A DNA stretch of 64,000 bases from Macrostomum lignano (lineage: Eukaryota), in NCBI GenBank assembly GCA_002269645.1, contig NIVC01000550.1:186001-250000 (forward strand), given 5' to 3'. Positions 54,637-64,000 of this stretch are shown here, piece by piece. The position numbers and the translations under genes are program-made. Each line of letters starts with the position of its first letter. The stretch's first letter is position 1. The notes beneath the pieces are model-generated. The model saw nothing but the letters and a program-made list of their open reading frames with translations, made no database searches and was not told the origin of the DNA.

Positions 54637-57033
54637 AACTGGATCCGGGCAAACTCGTTAACTTTTTATTCGTCAACTGTATTGATGAGTTTACCACGGT
54701 CTGCACAAACTGCGTAACTAATGTGCAGTATAACGAAGTGTATAAAAGTAAGAGATGAAAACCAAAGCAAAAGCAATAAATTTTTAGTTTATACGTGTAT
54801 AAAAACAAAAGAATAAAAAAATAAATACTTACCTTTTTTATTTAGTTAACAATAGTAAAACTTATTGACATTGAAATTGATGAAATTGACATGAAAGATT
54901 CTCGGTTTCATTGTTTTTTAATTTTGTTGTATCTCGTAATTATCATTTTTGTACATGGCAGACTGCTGGGTGGTATGCGCTACTGTCTCTTTTCCAGTCA
55001 ATCCGTCGAAAAGACATTCCAGTGATAGAGATTCACCGATCTGGCGATTAAGGCAGGTCCTGTGCCTAAAAACCAGCATTACAATGACACGGCTCAGTTT
55101 ATTGGTGTTATGAATCTATTTTATCTGTGTCTGTTCACCGAAACAGCAGCACATGGTCCACATACTATACAGTGCTGACGAATTTACCAGTTGACGAATT
55201 TACCATATAGCTAGGCCAGTTGACGAAAAAAAGTTGACAAGTTTACCAGCACAGCACCCATCGAACCAACTTGTAATTCTAATAAATCTTTATTTTTTAA
55301 AGTAAAAAATCGTTTTTCTTAGCTAGTAATTTTGAGAAATAGGAAGAAAAAATGTAGAAAAAGCCAATGCTAGCTATGGTTATCAAAAAAGGTCTAGGCT
55401 ATTTTTGATTGGCAATGCAGTTAAAGTTAAACAACATTATATTATATTTGATTTTAGGGTATTTTATTAATGCTTTAAGCTTAGGCCTACTCCTAGGCCC
55501 CTATGCCTATACATCATTAGTGTTAGTGTTAGCAGTTAACTTTTGGCTTAATATAAATAAAGCAACTAGTAAACCATACTATAGACTAGTTATTAAGTTA
55601 TATGGCATATAAGCCAATTATTTTTGCTTCTTAGAAATTTTTTTCTTGCTTGTAGATTGCTTTTTGGTACCTAGCATTTTGATAAAATGCATCATGCAGG
55701 TCATTTTGTTTGCTGTCAGTTTGTCTGCCTATTGGAGGTTTATGCTAGGATAGACAGCAAGGACAACTTAAGTAGAAGGACAAGAAACCTCATTTCTGAG
55801 AAAAAATTTTAAGGCAGGTTTTCCTGAAAAATACACTACAGAGATAAGAAATTTTCATTTTTTTCAAGACAAAAATTGCTATAACTTTTGATAGGAGGCA
55901 GATCTAGTGTTCATCTTTTGATATATAATGCTTTTTTAATGTTCTATTGATATTAATAAAGCTTTCCATTTAGAAAATTAGGATTCTATGTTAATTTTTT
56001 ATTCTACATATATTTTCATGTGTCTTGTGCTTGAAATACATTAGAATGCCACGGCTTGGTTCTTTGGTTTTATGAGTCTATTTTATCCTTTTTACCTGAC
56101 TGTATAGCAAATATTCATAATATAGATGATAAAATAGATTCATAAAACCAAATATTAGAGCTGTATCATGTATTTTTGTGATTTTTAGATATAGAAAATA
56201 TATTTAAAATAAAAAAATAAACATAGAAATCTAATTTTCTGAACAAAAAGTTTTGTAAATATCAATAGAGCAATAAAAAAGGCATAACATATCAAAAGAT
56301 GAATACTGGATCTGCCTCCTATCAAAAGTTAGCAATTAGTTAGCAATAGCAAGGATTAAAAAACACATTTATTAATTAATAAATTATGTCAATTGTTTCT
56401 AAATATATAGATGTAATATCTTCAAGTTTCATGAAACTAATTGAAAATCAGTTTATTTAAAATAGTTGCATTATTAAGAAATGAAATATTTGATAAGTTA
56501 CTAGCAAATATATATATGTATTCCTGTGCCTAGTTTTAGTATCTTATAGGTCATAATAAATGAAAGTTTATATATTTATTGTCTTGTTTTAGACAATGGG
56601 CAAGAAATTTATAATAATAATATAAATAAAATATTCCTAGGAGGGTTTTAAGCAACTTTGTGAAATTCCATTAACAACATTTTGTACAGCTTTTGCATTT
56701 TGCAAAACCCAAAAGGCTGCTCCTGTCTAAGGGTACATGCAAGCATGCAGATACTATATGGAGGAATACTTTGAAACTCATACATGCTCACAGAGTGCGT
56801 AACACACTGTGATTGTCTGGCATCTATGGGGGAGTTATAGGCATGAATAATGCAATACAGACCCTAGATTATTTTGGATGCATTAGTGTAAACATTTGTC
56901 CCAATGAGGCAACAAGATTAGGATTAAGTAATAAAAAATGACTTTTTGTGTCTTATGCTCTATCAATTGTATTCATGAATTGTTAATAGCTACAACTGTG
57001 AGCAAGACTGATTAAACAAATCATTAGCATTTG

Positions 57034-60000
57034 ATGGAGTGCCCAGTTTGCGGCGCTCTACTGCCACTGGATGAGCGTTCCAATCTGCACGTTGATGCTC
57101 ACTTTGCTGGTGGATCGCATTCAGCTGATTCTTACTCCGCTGAGCCAGTCTGCAATCATGAGCTATTAGATGGTGAAAACAGTCATGGGCGAAGCGAAGG
57201 AGCCCATGCTACCTCCTCAAGCGATAGCTATGGTCGTCGTGGGTATGCCAGAGGTAAGTCTTGTAAATATGGATTTATTAGTAGTAGTTCAGTGTCTAGA
57301 CTGTCTAAATCAAGTGTCTAGATCAGCGATAGTTCAGTGTCTAGACTGTCTAAATCAAGTGTCTAGATCAGCGATAGTTCAGTGTCTAGACTGTCTAAAT
57401 CAAGTGTCTAGATCAGCGATAGTTCAGTGTCTAGACTGTCTAAATCAAGTGTCTAGATCAACGGTAATTCAGTGTATAGAATGGCAGATCAACGGTAGTT
57501 CAGTGTCTAGACTGGCAAATCAATGGTAGTTCAGTGTCTAGAATGGCAGATCAACGGTAGTTCAGTGTATAGAATGGCAGATCAACGGTAGTTCAGTGTA
57601 TAGAATGGCAGATCAACGGTAGTCCAGTGTATAGAATGGCAGATCAACGGTAATTCAGTGTATAGAATGGCAGATCAACGGTAGTTCAGTGTATAGAATG
57701 GCAGATCAACGGTAGTCCAGTGTATAGAATGGCAGATCAACGGTAATTCAGTGTATAGAATGGCAGATCAACGGTAGTTCAGTGTATAGAATGGCAGATC
57801 AACGGTAGTCCAGTGTATAGAATGGCAGATCAACGGTAATTCAGTGTATAGAATGGCAGATCAACGGTAGTTCAGTGTCTAGAATGGCAGATCAACGGTA
57901 GTTCAGTGTATAGAATGGCAGATCAACGGTAGTTCAGTGTATAGAATGGCAGATCAACTATGAATATCGAATATTGTTATGCCTTCAGCCGGGTCTGGAG
58001 TCGCTGGCCGGGTGATGAGCGGAGGCTGGGATATCGATAGCGGAGCTTCCGGTTCCGGTTCAGCGGCGGCTGCGGCAGCGGCGGCAATGGCAGCCATGGA
58101 AGCATCTGACGCTGCTATGGCCAGAAGATTACAACGCGAAGAGGACGCCCGTTTAGCGGCCAGAGAAGCTGAACAGTTGCGCGAGATGTACGGCCTGACC
58201 GGTGTGTCCAGCGACCAGCAGCTGCAGAGAGCGTTGGACAACGCTGTAGAACGGGGAAGCATGGGAGTGGCCGATGTCTACGAGATTCAACGATTGAAAC
58301 GGTCAGCTAATCGGATTGGCTACGACGATGGACTGTCGAGAACGCCGGGCCTGGCGCCAGCACTGCAGGTCGGTTAGCTTGCTGATAGATGTATACTTTA
58401 TAGTTTTGCTGCGTGTTGTAGATTGTCTATTCTGTCTACTTGTGAGTAGCATTTATAGAATGCTTTTTGTATTGTATGATAGCTAGCCTCCCCCTGGCCC
58501 TTCTACAACTCTTCTCCCATCTTCCCTCTCCCTCCTCCCTTCTCCCACCTCCCCTCTCCCTCCTCTCCCCTCTCCCTCCTCTACCTTCTCCCACCTCTCC
58601 CCTCTCCCTCCTCTCCCCTCTCCCTCCTCTACCTTCTCCCACCTCTCCCCTCTCCCTCCTCTCCCCTCTCCCTCCTCTACCTTCTCCCACCTCTCCCCTC
58701 TCCCTCCTCTCCCCTCTCCCTCCTCTACCTTCTCCCACCTCTCCCCTCTCCCTCCTCTACCTTCTCCCACGTCTCCCCTCTCCTTCTCCCTTCTCCTCCC
58801 TTCTGTCCCCTCTCCTCCCTTCTGTCCCCTCTCCCTCTTCTCTCTCCTCTCCCCTCTCCCTCCTCTCCCCTCTCCCTCATCTACCTTCTCCCTCCTCTCC
58901 CCTCTCCCTCTTCTCCCTTCTGTCCCCTCTCCCTCTTCTCTCTCCTCTCCCCTCTCCCTTCTCTCCTCTCTCCTCTCTCCTCCCCCTTCTCTCCCCTCTC
59001 CCTTCTCTTCCCTCTCCCTCCTCTCCCCTCTCCTTTCCCTCCCCTCTCCTATCTTTGTAGTCTCTCTTGTTTTCCGACCAATCAAAGCCTTGATGCTTCT
59101 TTTTAAAACAGTGCAGATTCGAAGTGATACGCTTCAAAGATATGCTTAAGAAATATTTAACTTGAATTAAACCTATCGCTCAGGCTTGGTACTCGAAGCA
59201 ACGATTCACAGTCTCCGAGGACAGCATCACCAACGTGCTGTGGTGCCGGCCACCAGCCGATCAGTTCAGCTCCCACCTGGAGGACAGAGGCTGGGGCTGC
59301 GGCTATAGAAATCTGCAGATGCTACTGAGCTCGATGTGCCGCGAGCCGGCCTTCCTACAGCTGGTGTTTAACGACGTGCCGCAGGTGCCTAGCGTTAGAA
59401 AACTGCAACAGCTGATTGAGGACGCTTGGTCAGCCGGATTCGATCCGGTTGGCAGGGATCAGCTGGGCAGCCGGCTGGTCAATACTAGGAAATGGATTGG
59501 CACAACGGAAGTGTTCGCCCTGTTGAGTTTCCTGCGCGTACGCTGTAGGGTGTACGATTTTAGAAGGCCGACTGGCCCTGGAGGCACGCATTTGGCTCTA
59601 TTTGAGGCTGTCAAGGTGAATCATTGTGAAGGCACTGTTCTATATAAAAGTTTGTCAGTTTGTTAGGAAACACGTTTATCATTATCAAGTTCTAGACTGG
59701 AGAAAAGTGTTGAGGAAATTAACTAGTTTACAGAATTGACCATTCTAGCATGTTATGTGGTTCAACGGACCTCAATATGACCTCATGAGATGAGATTCAC
59801 CTCATTAATTAGTTTTTTTTACAAAACTCTTTGCTTTGCCTATAGGGAGCCGTAGCCAGCGGTCCAGGCTCGATTCCAAGTGCATTAACATTAATCTGAA
59901 GCTAAATTGGAATCTCGGCTTGGCTCTGCTCGTGCAATTAACGGCCTTGATGCCCAACCCCCCAAAGCACAGTGAAGTGTACATGCCTAACGATAAATAA

Positions 60001-60524
60001 AGTTAGAGCCATTGTACACCAGCTCCTGTAGGAGTGTGTGCCTGTGCGTATGACTGCGTACGTTTCCGTGCGCTTGTGTGCCTGCTCAGGAGAGTCGGCG
60101 GAATGGGCAGTAATGCCTCTCGCCGGTTTTGAGTGACAATGTCGCGTCTAATAAAAGTACAATAAACTGCTTGACCGCTAAAACGCTCTTTCAGTCCTAC
60201 TACCGCGGTCGCGACACCGAGTGCGCGTTTCCGCTCTACCTGCAGCACGAAGGCCACAGTCGCACAGTAGTCGGCATGGAGATGCGTCGAAATGGCGACA
60301 ATCGACTGTTACTATTTGACCCGGCCTGGCGGCCCGCCACCGTCTCCGGGTGGTGCAGGAAGCCCAGCAACGCCCTGAGCTCGGTTCGCTGCCGTTTAAC
60401 GGACCTGCGCCAGCCAGAGTATCAGCTGCTGTGCGTCACCGGCACTCTGGCTGGCGACGAAGATTGGCATCGGGCTAAATCGATGCGCGGAGCGCTAATG
60501 CGCGTGCCGCCTACTGAAAAGTAG
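57034..60524 (+). CDS. ZUP1: ZUP1/ZUFSP K63-deubiquitinase (peptidase C78); exons 57034-57253, 57989-58368, 59184-59615, 60195-60524 (453 aa)
   Basis: UBZ-like CPVC-x12-H-x3-H, MIU SDAAMARRLQREE, YGL and GYDDG motifs, catalytic DRGWGCGYRNLQML, WIGTTE, LYLQHEGHSRTVVG, LFDP. Splice phases 1,0,0 are consistent. Confidence 0.92.
57285..57957. repeat. 45-bp array grading into a related 31-bp array (AGTGTATAGAATGGCAGATCAACGGTAGTTC), ZUP1 intron 1
   Basis: Direct reading. Confidence 0.92.
58490..59060. repeat. Near-pure polypyrimidine minisatellite in ZUP1 intron 2
   Basis: CTCCCCTCTCCCTCCT... units. Confidence 0.9.
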
Positions 60525-60613
60525 CGTAGTGTGTATGTCTGTTCTATTCCTTTAAAATTTCCTAAATAATGCAGAATTTCAATTTCTGATAGTACTTTGG
60601 TGTTTGTTCCGCC

Positions 60614-61059
60614 CACAGATACTAAAATGACTAGATACTCAGACCCATACTTAGTCAAGCATTTTCTACTTTCAGTTCAGTAGCAAAGAAGAATACATAG
60701 ACTATTTTATAAAAATAAAGGCAGCTGAAATGATTTTGATAAGTTTAGAAGCCAAGCTTGCAGGCGTAAACAACTGGCTAATTGGTTCAGCAATAATGTA
60801 TATTAGCCAGTCTACTGAAATGTACATGGCGCAGCTTTAGACTGGAATTCCAAAAAGAGCAATAAAAAATGGGGCGTGGCGGAGGTATTGTGGAAAGGCG
60901 CGGGTTGGAGGGTTTGAGCTGGGCGATAAGAGCCAATAAATGAGCCTTGGCCTTAAAATACAATACATTAAAATGCTTCAGTTTACCTTACTACTGAACT
61001 GAAAGTAGCTTTCATGCAAATGTGCTGAGTGGCCCATTTAGTTTATTCTAGTATCTGTG
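60614..61059 (-). mobile_element. hAT-type MITE family A, copy 3 (inverted)
   Basis: CACAG...CTGTG termini, interior is the reverse complement of copies 1 and 2, 8-bp TSD GTTCCGCC at 60606-60613 and 61060-61067. Confidence 0.9.
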
Positions 61060-61944
61060 GTTCCGCCACGAGTTCTAAGGGTTGGTATTCTGTTTCTAGT
61101 AGGTTAGAAGATTACAATTGGTTCTATTGCTAACTAATGCTAATTCTAATTAGGTGTGTGCAGGTTCTTTACCAGGGCTATAATAGGATGATAATAAACC
61201 TGTCTCTATTTAAATGCTCGTTGTATTATATTGTCGAAATACAATAATTTATTTTACGCGACGCGTCGTAGTGGTAGCTCCTTTTAGTCTGTTTTTTTCT
61301 GTCGCTTTTTTCGCGACCAAAAATTAAATCATATCCAAGAGTCTGTAAAGTAATTTTGAATTTATCTCTCTGACAAAGTATTTTAAAAATCATATTTTTA
61401 TATTGACTTACAGTTCCTATTGTATATATTGGCTGTATTTTGTCTTGTTTTCTTTTTATTATCCATAATTTCACTGACAATTTTAGTTCTAAACAGAAAT
61501 TATTACTCATAGTTTTTTCTTTATACATTAATTCTTCGATCTTGCCTCAATTTAAGTACTAACTAGCCTATCAGCATATAAAATATTATGTTTTTACATA
61601 CAAAGCAATTGACAAAAAGTTAGCGTGTGTATGTGTGTACAGTGAAGTTTTTTGCAGTAAACATTGCTTTTTATTTTAATCTTTTTCATGAAGCTTTCTA
61701 CTGATGCACATGCATCCACGCTTCAATGTGTTGCTAGCTAGTAGTTTGGTTCTGCAAAACCATCATGCCCTCTTAAACATACAAAAGGTTTAGTTAATCA
61801 AAGAGGAACAATAGATTCATACTGTGCTGAAGTTGCGACAGCTTAAAGACAACAAAATGAAGTGTTTTGAAACATCCAAACATTCTTGAGTTATCCCTTA
61901 CTGTTTTATTATTTACCTAATGAATTCAGAAGTTCGCATAGGTA

Positions 61945-62555
61945 ATGGGCCAGGGTGTGAGTGCACAAGTTTATCGATTTTCCATACCCAACCCCAAACC
62001 CTGATTTTTTTATCTGACTACAACCTCACCTTCTCTCTGCTGGCGTGGGGCATGGGTAAGGGGCCAGGGTGTGAGTGCACAAGTTTATCGATTTTCCATA
62101 CCCAACCCCAAACCCTGATTTTTTATCTGACTACAACCTCACCTTCTCTCTGCTGGCGTGGGGCATGGGTAAGGGGCCAGGGTGTGAGTGCACAAGTTTA
62201 TCGATTATCCATACCCAACCCCAAACCCTGATTTTTTATCTGACTACAACCTCACCTTCTCTCTGCTGGCGTGGGGCATGGGTAAGGGGCCAGGGTGTGA
62301 GTGCACAAGTTTATCGATTTTCTGGACCCAACCCCAAACTCTGAATTTTCTATCTGGCTACAACCTCACTTATTTCTCTTTCTCTCTGCTCGCGTGGGGC
62401 ATGGGTAATGGGCCAGGGTGTGAGTGTTGAGTGCACAAGTTTATCGATTTTCAATACCCAACCCCAAACCCTGAATTTTCTATCTGGCTACAACCTCACT
62501 TATTTCACTTTCTCTCTGCTCGCGTGGGGCATGGGTAAAGGGCCAGGGTGTGAGT
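61945..62555. repeat. ~113-bp tandem repeat, ~5.5 copies
   Basis: GGGCCAGGGTGTGAGTG recurs at ~61947, 62061 and 62174. Confidence 0.92.
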
Positions 62556-63680
62556 GAACAGATTTATCAATTTTCTTTTAACGTTTTCCTTAATCATCGC
62601 TGCCACCAGTTTATCGCTACTGGCTAGTGGTTTTCTGTGTGCCTCTTCGCGGTAAAATCTGTGATGGCTCCTTTGTCGAATTTCTGAATCGACGTTTCAC
62701 ACTCGTCAACTTGAACACTTTATAAGTGCTAGTTTTTCTATATAAGCGATTGCAAGGGTGTGAATGCACAAGTTTATCGATTTTTTACGACGCCCCAAGC
62801 CGTCAATTTCTGTCCCCAATGACTCGAGTTTTCCGTGCGGTGGTTTTCTAATTTATCGATTATTTTAACGCACATTCAACACCATCATCTCCGCTAAGCA
62901 CGCTTACGAGCTTGCAAATGCGAGAAGCTTATGACTATTACATATTTGTGTTCAAATGGATGGAAGTAAAAAGTGTGTAATCAACTGTATTTAATTTCAA
63001 CATTAAAAAGCGCTTATACATCCCAAACGCTTAGCGTTAAACGTTTATGTCATAAAATATAATAAACTCTTCAAATCAGTGAAACGCTATGCACAATTTA
63101 ATGGAGCACACATTAATTTAAATCTATGGTTACTTCGTATTTATTGTATTCCGTCTGTCATTGTTGTATTTCATTTTTTATTCATAAAAAGTCTGCTTTA
63201 TTTTTCTCTCTGTCGCCTCGCCGTTTCTTTGTCTGCATTTCACACAGCATTGTTGAATTCGATGTGTAGAGTGATTTTCTATTCGTGTATTTGTTTCTAC
63301 TTGGCTTAACAACCCCAGCGAGTCTGTTGGAAAGCATTAAAATTGTACTTTTAAAATTTCGCTTTTCTTCTTTTTTTATCGGAAATGGTTTTTTATTCAA
63401 AGACAATAGTATATATAAGTCGCAAAGGTAAAACTTTGCCACGGTTTGGCGTCGTCATAAGCTTGACTTTGAACTTTTTTATTTTATTTTTTGGTAGTTG
63501 AATGCTGATCGTTTCAGTGACTGACTCACTGACAAGTAAGTCATAAATATGACATTGAATCGAATAATATTATCATACCTCTTGACATTTCAGCAAGATC
63601 ATTAAAATAGTCGGTAACAATACTACAATCGAGACTATTATATATTGAATATTAAACGTATTACTGAACTCTATTGAGGC

Positions 63681-64000
63681 ATGTGGGCCGCCCAACCAAA
63701 CGGTGGAGTTGGTGGCGGCGCTGTAGACTGGGCAGAGTTAGCCAGACAGTGGGTTAGCAGCCAGCAGCAGCAACAACAGCAAGAGCCACCAGCAGCTGGT
63801 GCTGATCCGCCACCTCCAGGCATCGAACAATCACAGCATCAACATCAGCCGCCAGCTTATAATCGTGGATTTCCTCCGCCTCCAACTGCTCCTGTACAGC
63901 CTCCTATTCAACAGCATCAGCTGCTTCCGCCGCCTCCTCCGCCACCTCCCCCATCGTCGTGGGATCTGACGCAGCCTCCACCGGGGCATCAGCAATGGTT
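63681..64000 (+). CDS. PNISR: PNISR (SFRS18)-like protein, 5' end, truncated by the window
   Basis: Hand translation from ATG 63681: MWAAQPNGG...VDWAELARQWVSSQQQ, matching the PNISR N-terminal IDWAALAQAWI motif. Q/P-rich and open to the window end. Confidence 0.75.
   Translation, partial: MWAAQPNGGVGGGAVDWAELARQWVSSQQQQQQQEPPAAGADPPPPGIEQSQHQHQPPAYNRGFPPPPTAPVQPPIQQHQLLPPPPPPPPPSSWDLTQPPPGHQQW

Noticed and set aside
54649-55250. ~32-bp inverted repeat pair (GGCAAACTCGTTAAC.../...GTTGACAAGTTTACC)
   Set aside because: Probably another MITE, but the termini and TSD could not be defined.

Overview
Repeat-dense, intron-containing animal DNA. The Lox4-like Hox gene, poly-Q-rich proteins and heavy minisatellite load suggest a spiralian, probably a flatworm such as Macrostomum (inference). 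Genes, left to right: two tandem secreted PAN/Apple + F-type (fucose-binding) lectin genes (+); an intronless, highly divergent class-A-like 7TM receptor (-); a full-length LOA-type non-LTR retrotransposon (ORF1, then APE-RT-RNase H ORF2, 12-bp TSD, (TAAG)n tail) inserted in a satellite; a two-exon Ubx/abd-A-group (Lox4-like) Hox gene with no other Hox gene in the window (-); a UBAP2/lingerer homologue (-); head-to-head with it a ZUP1/ZUFSP deubiquitinase (+); and the 5' end of a PNISR homologue (+). Non-genic content: a minimal Penelope-type type-I hammerhead ribozyme, at least three families of hAT-type non-autonomous elements with 8-bp TSDs, a foldback-like element and more than 20 tandem arrays. 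The most notable observations are the hammerhead ribozyme, the Hox protein with a WPWM hexapeptide and Ser at homeodomain position 3, and a Hox-intron minisatellite that multiplies the branch-point/polypyrimidine signal of its own 3' splice site. All calls are by eye, with no database search. I found no clearly new multi-gene system.
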